Origin: an uncultured Candidatus Saccharibacteria bacterium
GTDB taxonomy: Bacteria > Patescibacteriota > Minisyncoccia > Phycocordibacterales > UBA9973
Length of the DNA: 53,487 nucleotides
Direction: 5' to 3'
Assembly: GCA_964532495.1 (NCBI GenBank)
Contig: CAZHJZ010000006.1
Span: 1-53,487, forward strand
In this document: positions 44,675 through 52,095 of the stretch, one piece after another
How positions within the stretch are numbered: position 1 is the first letter of the stretch
How the letters are laid out: every line of letters starts with the position of its first letter
Notes under the pieces: model-generated
Seen by the model: the letters and a program-made list of their open reading frames with translations, nothing else
What the model was told of the DNA's origin: nothing
Database searches by the model: none
Made by a program: the position numbers and the translations under genes

Positions 44675-45160
44675 ATGTACATCAACAAAGTCACTATCTT
44701 GGGAAATCTCACTCGCGATCCAGAGATCCGAGCGCTCCCGTCAGGCATCAAGGTTGCAAGCTTCTCGCTTGCGACAAACCGCACATGGAAAGACCAGAGC
44801 GGCAAGAAGCAGGACGCAACCGAATACCACAACATCGTATCATTCGGCAAACTCGCCGAACTGATTGCTCAGTATTCAAAGAAGGGAAGCTCGCTCTATG
44901 TTGAAGGACGCCTTCAGACACGAAGCTGGGATGACAAGGCAACTGGCGAAAAGAAGTACCGCACAGAAATCGTCGTTGAGACATTCCAGTTCGGACCTCG
45001 CCCGGCAGCGGGAGGAGGGGACGGAACAGGAACACGAGTCTGGCGAAAGGAAGATGACGCCAAGAAGCCGGCAGCCGGCAGCGCTCCATCTGAAGACGAA
45101 GGAATGGATACGATCGAATACCCAAGCGAAGACATCAACGCCGAAGACATTCCCTTTTAA
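44675..45160 (+). CDS. ssb: Single-stranded DNA-binding protein
   Basis: [21 protein letters not shown] fold. Gly-rich linker. Acidic tail ending in DIPF. Confidence 0.92.
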   Translation: MYINKVTILGNLTRDPEIRALPSGIKVASFSLATNRTWKDQSGKKQDATEYHNIVSFGKLAELIAQYSKKGSSLYVEGRLQTRSWDDKATGEKKYRTEIVVETFQFGPRPAAGGGDGTGTRVWRKEDDAKKPAAGSAPSEDEGMDTIEYPSEDINAEDIPF

Positions 45161-45183
45161 TTATTAGCTCACAGAACGCATCA

Positions 45184-45384
45184 ATGAAACAAGATTATTT
45201 CAGCTCAAACAACGTCAAGTACATCGACTACAAAGATGTCGATATCTTGAAAAAGTTCATCAACCCTAACGGCCGTATTTTCTCACGAAAAAAGACAGGC
45301 GTTACTATGAAGAACCAGCGCAAGCTCGCACTCGCGATCAAGCGTTCACGATTTATGGGACTTCTCCCATTCGTCGCGAAATAA
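45184..45384 (+). CDS. rpsR: Ribosomal protein S18
   Basis: [46 protein letters not shown]. Confidence 0.9.
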   Translation: MKQDYFSSNNVKYIDYKDVDILKKFINPNGRIFSRKKTGVTMKNQRKLALAIKRSRFMGLLPFVAK

Positions 45385-45394
45385 AGAAACGCAA

Positions 45395-45430
45395 GAAAAA
45401 AACCGTCAGTCTCAGGGCTGACGGTTTTTG
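45395..45430. terminator. Bidirectional intrinsic terminator
   Basis: A8, stem ccgtcag/ctgacgg, then T5. Confidence 0.85.
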
Positions 45431-45451
45431 CGTTGTATTATGCGTTGCTAG

Positions 45452-46285
45452 TTAGCGTTGGTACAGTTTTTGAGCCGCACCGCGCCTGCCATATGGTACT
45501 GAGTACCTTCCTCTGGGGCCTTCGCCTCTGGTAAGTAATGTTGATTCAATCGTAGTGAGTTCAAACGATAATGTACATACTGAACCGAGTGCCTCTTTGC
45601 CTTTTTGTGAAAATTCTTTCAGAGAAGCTGGGTTTGTTGCCAAATCTCGCAGTGGAACTCTTTCTTCGCTGGTGGCTGAGTAGAGTACTGCCCAATACAG
45701 ATTTTCAAACTTAGCTAGTTTCTTGTTGAATTCGAACGTAATAGTTCCATTTTTCTTCTCAACAAAAGATTCAATTTTTGTGATAAGGGTCATGAAAATA
45801 TTCGCTGAAAGTTCGCTGTGCTTAATAATGATATCGGGCGACAGCGGAATGTTCCTGCAAACAATTCTGGTGCTTTCTTCAATATCAAATAAGCAGTTTT
45901 CAATCACTTTTTCTTCTGGTCCAAGTTTCAGCAATACCTTTTTTTTGCCGTCCTCTTTATCCTCTAAGCTACTCGCGCATTTTGCAGTCATGTCTGAAAT
46001 AAACTCCTCGCAGCGTTCAGGGTGTTTAGTAAAGTGGCCTTGAGCAATGAGATAGGATTTTATTCCACCAAGGAATGCTTTGTTGAGCATTTCTTTTTTT
46101 TCTTCGTTGAAATCTCGCGAGCCGTTATAGAGATAGCTGATGCTTGGCCTGATGGTTGATACATCTTTACCTTTATAGGGGCTGTCTTTAGTCGCAACCA
46201 TCTGTTCCAGGATAGGGGTAATGGTAGTAAAAACAGGCTTTTCATCTATCGAAAACGATAGGATGTATTTAATGACAATATTCAT
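45452..46285 (-). CDS. Hypothetical protein
   Basis: 277-aa ORF, no motif, basic Gly/Arg C-terminus. Confidence 0.55.
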   Translation of the reverse strand: MNIVIKYILSFSIDEKPVFTTITPILEQMVATKDSPYKGKDVSTIRPSISYLYNGSRDFNEEKKEMLNKAFLGGIKSYLIAQGHFTKHPERCEEFISDMTAKCASSLEDKEDGKKKVLLKLGPEEKVIENCLFDIEESTRIVCRNIPLSPDIIIKHSELSANIFMTLITKIESFVEKKNGTITFEFNKKLAKFENLYWAVLYSATSEERVPLRDLATNPASLKEFSQKGKEALGSVCTLSFELTTIESTLLTRGEGPRGRYSVPYGRRGAAQKLYQR

Positions 46286-46341
46286 ATGTATAATGGTTTT
46301 TTATGAAATTACCACATTTTTTGTTACAGGACAAGGGTTAA

Positions 46342-46370
46342 TTGACAAAATAGGTATTTTATGCTACAAT
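46342..46370 (+). promoter_or_regulatory. Consensus promoter TTGACA-N17-TACAAT (TGC extended -10)
   Basis: Hexamers at 46342..46347 and 46365..46370. The -10 overlaps the ORF-track ATG at 46369, so the real start is more likely 46390. Confidence 0.6.
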
Positions 46371-46389
46371 GCAAAAAAAACTATTTACC

Positions 46390-47382
46390 ATGAAAAAAAG
46401 TATTCTTGCTGCGGCAATCGTAGCAATTACAAAAGACATGCGTGATAAGAGCAATGGTGAGAATCCGACGATGTCGGGATTTTTAAACCATGATCAGACC
46501 ACGCTACCACAGACGAAAGAACTTCAGACAATTTTGTCGGCTGAGCCCGTGTGCCTCTCAAAGTTCTATGAGCTTATCGGCGTAACCTTCAATTCCGTGT
46601 ATGAAATGGAAATGATGGCTAGCCTTGATCTCGGAAGAATTGCAGCAATGGAATTCAAGATTTTATTGCGCACTTTGTTTATTAACTATAAACAAGGAAG
46701 GTACGCTACTATGCCTGCCGTGTTTAGTAAGGAATGCAGAAGAGTATGCGAGCTGGCTGATTACCCATATATAGATATGGTTGATGAAATGGTTACAGAT
46801 TACCTGGCTGAGAATGAAACATCGCCATTGTTTATAAGAAAAATATGGCAATTCTTGTTCACAGGCAAGAAATACTTAAAAACACAAAAGACGCGCTTGT
46901 TGCAGTATTTATACCAGCAAGTGAAGCAGCCTTCGCAGCCCGACCATCTAGCTGCCTATGCTATTGGATATTTTATGGAGCTTGGGTATGGCATTGAACG
47001 CCGGGGTGCAGCACCGAGAACTCTTCCTCAGTTGATATTGCAGCTTGAAGATGTGCTGTTTCTCGCGCGCCAGTGGTCATATTCAAAAGTGCCCTTTACT
47101 CTGGAGCAGTTTGATAGGCTCATCGGCTATTTTTTCGAGAATAGGAAACATCTGCGCATGCATGGGCATAATCTCATTATTTCCAGCATTATTTTAGATA
47201 ATGCTTCACGTGCCCGCCGTTCGTGCATTGCTCAGAAGATTTCTTTCTATGAAGCACACATGGGAATAAAAGTAGCCCTGAATGCTGCTGAACTAGAAAG
47301 AACGCTGAACCTTTTAGAGATTAAAGACCTAACAAAAACAGCTACAGTTAGAAACCTAGTAGGAATTTTCCAGGTAGAATAA
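46390..47382 (+). CDS. Hypothetical protein
   Basis: ORF open from 46369. Start set at the first ATG downstream of the promoter. No motif. Confidence 0.55.
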   Translation: MKKSILAAAIVAITKDMRDKSNGENPTMSGFLNHDQTTLPQTKELQTILSAEPVCLSKFYELIGVTFNSVYEMEMMASLDLGRIAAMEFKILLRTLFINYKQGRYATMPAVFSKECRRVCELADYPYIDMVDEMVTDYLAENETSPLFIRKIWQFLFTGKKYLKTQKTRLLQYLYQQVKQPSQPDHLAAYAIGYFMELGYGIERRGAAPRTLPQLILQLEDVLFLARQWSYSKVPFTLEQFDRLIGYFFENRKHLRMHGHNLIISSIILDNASRARRSCIAQKISFYEAHMGIKVALNAAELERTLNLLEIKDLTKTATVRNLVGIFQVE

Positions 47383-47404
47383 CGTATAGTATTTTAGTAA
47401 AAAA

Positions 47405-47442
47405 CAAAAACCCCTTCAAGTATTGAAGGGGTTTTCTTTTTG
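47405..47442. terminator. Bidirectional intrinsic terminator
   Basis: A-run, stem ccccttcaa/ttgaagggg, then a T-run. Confidence 0.85.
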
Positions 47443-47449
47443 CGGGGTA

Positions 47450-48031
47450 TTAGACTCGTTCGTAGTATTCTCCTGTTTCAGTGTTCACGCGGATCGTTTC
47501 TCCTGCTTCGATGAAGAGGGGAACGTTGACCACTGCGCCGTTTTCGAGCGTGACAGGCTTGTTGCCGCCTGAGGCAGTGTTGCCTTTGATTGCTGGAGGA
47601 GCTTCCTTGATCTTGAAGTCCATCTTGATAGGGAGCTTGATGCCGATAGTCTGTTCTTCTCCGTCGTTATCAAAGATGAGGGCGGTGACAATAGTATTGT
47701 CTTTGAGGAACTTTAGAGACTTTTCGCCGATAACTTTTTCATCGAGCTTAAAGCGGTTCTTTGGGTCTTCTGGATCTGAGAACCAGAATTCGCCGCGGTT
47801 TCCGTAGAGGAACTTTACTTCGCGCTTTTCAATATCAGCTTCCTGAACTGTGTCAGAACCCTGAAATGTTTCGTTGTAAGTGCGTCCAGTAATGATGTTC
47901 TTGAGCTTGGTGTGGTTCTGAGGCTTGCGCTGCTGCGTGCGGGCGACATGGGCCTCGAGGACCTCGCAAGGCTCGTTGTTATAGATAACGATCTTGCCTT
48001 CTTTTATTTCATTGTATTCAAGTAGTGCCAT
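47450..48031 (-). CDS. efp: Elongation factor P (atypical beta3-beta4 loop)
   Basis: MALLEYNEIKEGKIVIYNNEPCEV..., TKLKNIITG, and the C-terminal GNTASGGNKPVTLENGAVVNVPLFIEAGETIRVNTETGEYYERV. Start at the internal Met (48031) of the 278-aa track ORF. Confidence 0.9.
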   Translation of the reverse strand: MALLEYNEIKEGKIVIYNNEPCEVLEAHVARTQQRKPQNHTKLKNIITGRTYNETFQGSDTVQEADIEKREVKFLYGNRGEFWFSDPEDPKNRFKLDEKVIGEKSLKFLKDNTIVTALIFDNDGEEQTIGIKLPIKMDFKIKEAPPAIKGNTASGGNKPVTLENGAVVNVPLFIEAGETIRVNTETGEYYERV

Positions 48032-48096
48032 ATGCGGTATTGATTTATTCCTTGCTAATGCCTTGCATTCTAGCCGAAATAGGCGAAAAAGTCCAT

Positions 48097-48125
48097 AAAA
48101 ACAGCCCTCATCAAAAGATGAGGGC
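48097..48125 (-). terminator. Intrinsic terminator after the 48147 gene
   Basis: Minus strand: gccctcat/atgagggc stem, then T5. Confidence 0.7.
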
Positions 48126-48146
48126 ATGGTTGTGAATATAGTAATC

Positions 48147-49001
48147 TTACCTTTCTTTAGGCAAAATTTCGTCATTGTTGAGCCACAGTGGCTTTGGTGT
48201 CGCTGCGAGGATGATTCCTTTTGCAACTGCAGGGCAATTGCGGTATGAGGTTTCGATCGCAACTTGGTTCCATTCCTTGAAGCCAATTACTTGGCCTACC
48301 GGAAGATAACGAAAGTCTTTGCCAGATGGCAGATCTTCCCAGCTTACTGATGCATAACCTAGCTTGCCGCGGATGATGCCCTTGCCGTCTGCATCGCTCC
48401 AGAACGCAACTACGCCGGTGTTTTGGCAGAGCAAGCCTTTGTCTACTGGTCTCGGTGTGGGCGGTATTTCAGTCGCTAAGGGTAAAAAATTAAGGATACC
48501 CAGAGTGTCGATATACTTTTTAATCTCAGGATAGTAATAGCTTATCCCGTGTACGAATGGCACATGCTGTTCATTGATCTTTTTCATATAGACAGTACCG
48601 CTGGCTATTTTTTGAGTTCGAAGGAAATACATATCGCACTGGGTAGCAAACGATGTTTGCCAAATCCTGTATTTTCCTGTTGTCCGTTCAATACTGAGCA
48701 GGCAGAGATTGTTTGCTCGTGGCTTTTGGGCGCGTATGTTCGGGTATTCTGTTACTAGCTGGCGGTAATAGATTTGATTCTGGTCTTGATCAAAAGCTGC
48801 CACATCGTAGATTTCCTTATTCTCATTTTCATAGAAAAAATAGAATTCGGTGTTGGGGAATGCTTTCTTTATATTCACAGGTTGAACTGCTTCTATCTTC
48901 AGGGCTTCATTGTCCCAAAGCAGTTCAAGCTGTTTGTCGCCTGGGCGTCCTACTATTCTACCTGCTTGCAATAAACGGCTTTCAAAGGGAAGTGTTTCCA
49001 T
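48147..49001 (-). CDS. Hypothetical protein
   Basis: ORF open to 49091. Met at 49001 preferred because it leaves room for the divergent promoters. The C-terminal segment GVVAFWSDADGKGIIRGKLGYASVSWEDL is loosely like a cold-shock or OB fold. Confidence 0.5.
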   Translation of the reverse strand: METLPFESRLLQAGRIVGRPGDKQLELLWDNEALKIEAVQPVNIKKAFPNTEFYFFYENENKEIYDVAAFDQDQNQIYYRQLVTEYPNIRAQKPRANNLCLLSIERTTGKYRIWQTSFATQCDMYFLRTQKIASGTVYMKKINEQHVPFVHGISYYYPEIKKYIDTLGILNFLPLATEIPPTPRPVDKGLLCQNTGVVAFWSDADGKGIIRGKLGYASVSWEDLPSGKDFRYLPVGQVIGFKEWNQVAIETSYRNCPAVAKGIILAATPKPLWLNNDEILPKER

Positions 49002-49148
49002 GGTATAGCTGGTTGTGTTAAAAAATAGGTCTTTAAGCGAATAGTATAAGGGAAAGGACGGGGAGTCAAGTAGTACTATTGACATTGACATTCAGATATT
49101 ATGATATAAAATGTGAATAATTACATTCATAACAGAAAAAGCAATCCT

Positions 49149-49376
49149 ATGGCAAAAGTATCAACTGTTTACCTGCCTACTGGCAGTCTCACCATTTCTC
49201 AGGAACTTGATTTGCTTAAAAATGCCGCTTTGGCAGTGAACTTTATTACCTTGCCTGCAAAATACTGCTGGAAAGATAAAGATCCATTTAGGGACTATTT
49301 CGATGCAATTTTCGGTTTTATGAGCACCGCTCAGCATTTTTGGGAACTAATAAGCTTACAAGCATTCAGTCTATAA
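49149..49376 (+). CDS. Hypothetical small protein (possibly the 5' part of a frameshifted gene)
   Basis: ATG at 49149 downstream of the tandem TTGACATTGACA and TGATATAAA promoter elements. Overlaps the next ORF by 37 nt. Confidence 0.35.
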   Translation: MAKVSTVYLPTGSLTISQELDLLKNAALAVNFITLPAKYCWKDKDPFRDYFDAIFGFMSTAQHFWELISLQAFSL

Positions 49377-49669
49377 GTAGCGATAAGGAAAAACTTGTTC
49401 TCAGCGTGTTTGAGCGGACAGTAATGCAAGCCATTTTATACAAAGTTGTATTTAAAGAATTGGACGCCAAGCTAAAAATCGAAGTTTTAGCTGAATATTT
49501 AACAACAAAATGTACTGATGATGTTGTTAGTTGTATTTACGCCGGCTTAACAAAAGACTTCGAAACACAGATTAAAGAATGTGCTGCTAACGTTGTAATC
49601 GGTTGCGTAAAAGCAAGAGCGATTCTCGAAGACGGTACTGACTTTAAGGAAAGAGATGAATTTGAATAA
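49340..49669 (+). CDS. Hypothetical small protein (TTG start at 49340 or ATG at 49424)
   Basis: 109-aa ORF in a different frame from 49113..49376. Confidence 0.4.
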   Translation: MGTNKLTSIQSISSDKEKLVLSVFERTVMQAILYKVVFKELDAKLKIEVLAEYLTTKCTDDVVSCIYAGLTKDFETQIKECAANVVIGCVKARAILEDGTDFKERDEFE

Positions 49670-49691
49670 AAGTAATAGTGATATTGTAAAT

Positions 49692-49727
49692 AAAAACACC
49701 CGGCAAAACCGGGTGTCTTTTTTTTTG
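49692..49727. terminator. Bidirectional intrinsic terminator
   Basis: A5, stem acacccgg/ccgggtgt, then T9. Confidence 0.85.
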
Positions 49728-49732
49728 CGTGG

Positions 49733-50779
49733 TTATTCTCCAGAGCTTGCAACTTGGATTTCTCCAAATCGTGCGCGGATTTCCTTTTCGAATTCTTTGA
49801 CGACTTTAGGATTTTCTTTGAGCCAAGTACGAGTTGCATCGTAGCCGCGGCCCATAGGGATTTTTTCGCCTTCTTTGTTTTTGTACGAGTATGATGAGCC
49901 GGATTTCTCGACAATGCCGAGCTTTTCTCCGAGAGCCATCATTTCGCCTTCGCGTGAGATGCCTTCGCCGTAGATGATATCGAATTCAGTCTGCTTGAAT
50001 GGGGCAGCAACTTTGTTCTTGACTACCTTAACGCGAGTGCGTCCTCCGACAACTTCTTCGCCTTTTTTGATCTGAGCAATGCGTCGGATATCGAGACGGA
50101 CTGAACAGTAGAACTTCAGAGCTTTTCCTCCCGGAGTTGTTTCTGGGTTGCCGAACATGACGCCGATCTGCATGCGGATCTGGTTGATGAAGATGACAGT
50201 TGTCTTGGAACGAGCAACGATAGCGGTAAGTTTGCGGAGTGCTTGTGACATGAGGCGAGCCTGTTTGCCCATGTGCTGCTGGCCCATATCGCCTTCGATT
50301 TCGTCTTTTGGAGTGAGTGCTGCTACAGAGTCGATGACGATGACATCGATCTTGCCTGAGCGAACCAATGATTCGCAAATCTCAAGACCTTGTTCTCCTG
50401 TGTCTGGCTGAGCAATGAGGAGTTCATTGATGTTTACGCCAAGGTTGCCTGCGTATACAGGGTCCATTGCGTGTTCTGCATCGATATATGCGCAAACACC
50501 GCCCGTCTTTTGAGCTTCGGATACGATGTGAAGAGCGAGAGTTGTTTTACCAGAAGATTCTGGACCAAAGATTTCGATGATGCGACCACGGGGAACTCCG
50601 CCGACGCCGAGCGCCATGTCGAGTCCGAGTGAGCCAGTAGGGATGACGTTGATATCTACTTTTGGAGCGTCGCCAAGCTTCATGATGGCGCCTTCTCCGA
50701 ATTTCGTCTGAATAGACTTGATGGTGGCTTCAATTTCTCCGCCCATCTGTTTCTTTTCTTTTTCTTTCTTTTTAATCAT
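49733..50779 (-). CDS. recA: Recombinase RecA
   Basis: [28 protein letters not shown] (Walker A), [10 protein letters not shown], and the L2 region [22 protein letters not shown]. Confidence 0.95.
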   Translation of the reverse strand: MIKKKEKEKKQMGGEIEATIKSIQTKFGEGAIMKLGDAPKVDINVIPTGSLGLDMALGVGGVPRGRIIEIFGPESSGKTTLALHIVSEAQKTGGVCAYIDAEHAMDPVYAGNLGVNINELLIAQPDTGEQGLEICESLVRSGKIDVIVIDSVAALTPKDEIEGDMGQQHMGKQARLMSQALRKLTAIVARSKTTVIFINQIRMQIGVMFGNPETTPGGKALKFYCSVRLDIRRIAQIKKGEEVVGGRTRVKVVKNKVAAPFKQTEFDIIYGEGISREGEMMALGEKLGIVEKSGSSYSYKNKEGEKIPMGRGYDATRTWLKENPKVVKEFEKEIRARFGEIQVASSGE

Positions 50780-50791
50780 AGGCTGGATTGC

Positions 50792-51202
50792 TTAGTTGAT
50801 AATCGTTTCTGAGAGAGATGCTTGCGGCGATGGAGGAATGTTTGCAGCAGTTCGTGCTGTCGGTGTGTGATATGTATAGAGTGTTTCGCTTTTTGATTTT
50901 CCAAATGAATCTGTTGAAGCAACGGTGATGACGTTAAGGCCTGGAAGAAGAGCGATGGATTCTGAAAATGTACCAGTCGCGTCGAGCGGTGCTGGTCTTC
51001 CGTTGATTGTGATTTCTCGAGCATGTCCTGCGATTCCTGAAAGACTGAGGACAGGAGCATCAGTGTTGTACTCTATTGGAGCCACGCTGAGCGGGGATCC
51101 AAAAAGGACACTGCGTCCCTGATACAGGCTATAGGAAACAAGCACTATCAGAAATGCTAGTCCACCTCCGATTGTAAGCAATTTCTTTATATCTTCTCGC
51201 AT
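50792..51202 (-). CDS. Hypothetical membrane-anchored protein upstream of recA
   Basis: 136 aa. One TM helix (LLTIGGGLAFLIVLVSYSL) followed by a beta-rich domain. Confidence 0.55.
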   Translation of the reverse strand: MREDIKKLLTIGGGLAFLIVLVSYSLYQGRSVLFGSPLSVAPIEYNTDAPVLSLSGIAGHAREITINGRPAPLDATGTFSESIALLPGLNVITVASTDSFGKSKSETLYTYHTPTARTAANIPPSPQASLSETIIN

Positions 51203-51371
51203 ATTCTCATGTTTTTCGCCTCGTAAGAGACATGCCTATTATCGCATGTTTTTTGAAACAATACCACCTGGGGATTACTCGGTTTTTTTGTGTCTGAATA
51301 TTACTTTTTGATCTCCTTGACTTATGTTTAGATTGTTGTAGTGTAAAGGACAAATTAGGCATCTTGAAATG

Positions 51372-51423
51372 GTAGTTTAGTGACCAGAGCCGGCTTTGCA
51401 GTCCATTCTGGTCACTAAACTAC
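51372..51423. repeat. Perfect 17-bp inverted repeat with an 18-nt loop, ending 7 nt before the 51431 start codon
   Basis: gtagtttagtgaccaga (51372..51388) and tctggtcactaaactac (51407..51423), read directly. Confidence 0.9.
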
Positions 51424-51430
51424 TAAAAAC

Positions 51431-52012
51431 ATGAACGTAAAAGCACGCGAAGTCCAAGGAATTTGGAAAAAAAGATATGACCAAATTGTCTTGATGGCAA
51501 AGGAGGTAAACGCAACCGAATTTATTGATAAGCTGACCCGGTTTGTTAATCTCTCACCAGAAACAATGGTAGACAGCAAAATAATTTTAGAACTTACCGC
51601 TGGCTACCAGAATATAGCTACCGAGGCTAAGGCAAACGCTGGCATTGGCCTTCATTTAGATAAGGAAGAATTTTCTGAAGCAGCGGTAGTTGCGGCGGGA
51701 ACATTCCAGGAACCAAAAAAGACTGAAGAACTTTTTAAAATCATTGATAAAGCCCTCGAAGTAAAAACTTTCAAGGCTGCGCATGAAGTTCAAATTATTT
51801 TAATGGCACTCCTGTTCAATAACCCGAATTTTATTCTATATTTGGAAAAAGTACTTGCTATTTATATTCAGCAAGGAAAAGTGGATAGCGTAGTAGCCCT
51901 CGCAGCTCAATTTTCCCGTCTACTTACCAAAAAAGAGTTGATGGTTCTAAAAAGGAAATGCGAACAGAAAGATAGAAAACAAGTTGATCAACTGATCCTG
52001 CTGGCAGGATGA
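51431..52012 (+). CDS. Hypothetical protein (helical)
   Basis: 193-aa ORF, no motif. Confidence 0.5.
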   Translation: MNVKAREVQGIWKKRYDQIVLMAKEVNATEFIDKLTRFVNLSPETMVDSKIILELTAGYQNIATEAKANAGIGLHLDKEEFSEAAVVAAGTFQEPKKTEELFKIIDKALEVKTFKAAHEVQIILMALLFNNPNFILYLEKVLAIYIQQGKVDSVVALAAQFSRLLTKKELMVLKRKCEQKDRKQVDQLILLAG

Positions 52013-52049
52013 TATATAGATGATATATAGAAGAAGCAAAGAATTAGCA

Positions 52050-52078
52050 AAAAGCGGGACTACCATCCCGCTTTTTTA
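52050..52078. terminator. Bidirectional intrinsic terminator
   Basis: Stem gcggga/tcccgc flanked by an A-run and T6. Confidence 0.8.
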
Positions 52079-52095
52079 TTTGCTTGTTTAATCTG

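Noticed and set aside
44062-44850. 262-aa ORF antisense to rpsF and the start of ssb
   Set aside because: It lies fully within, and opposite to, two strongly supported conserved genes. Its composition is Ser/Arg/Cys-rich, as expected for a shadow frame, and no promoter or start context is visible.
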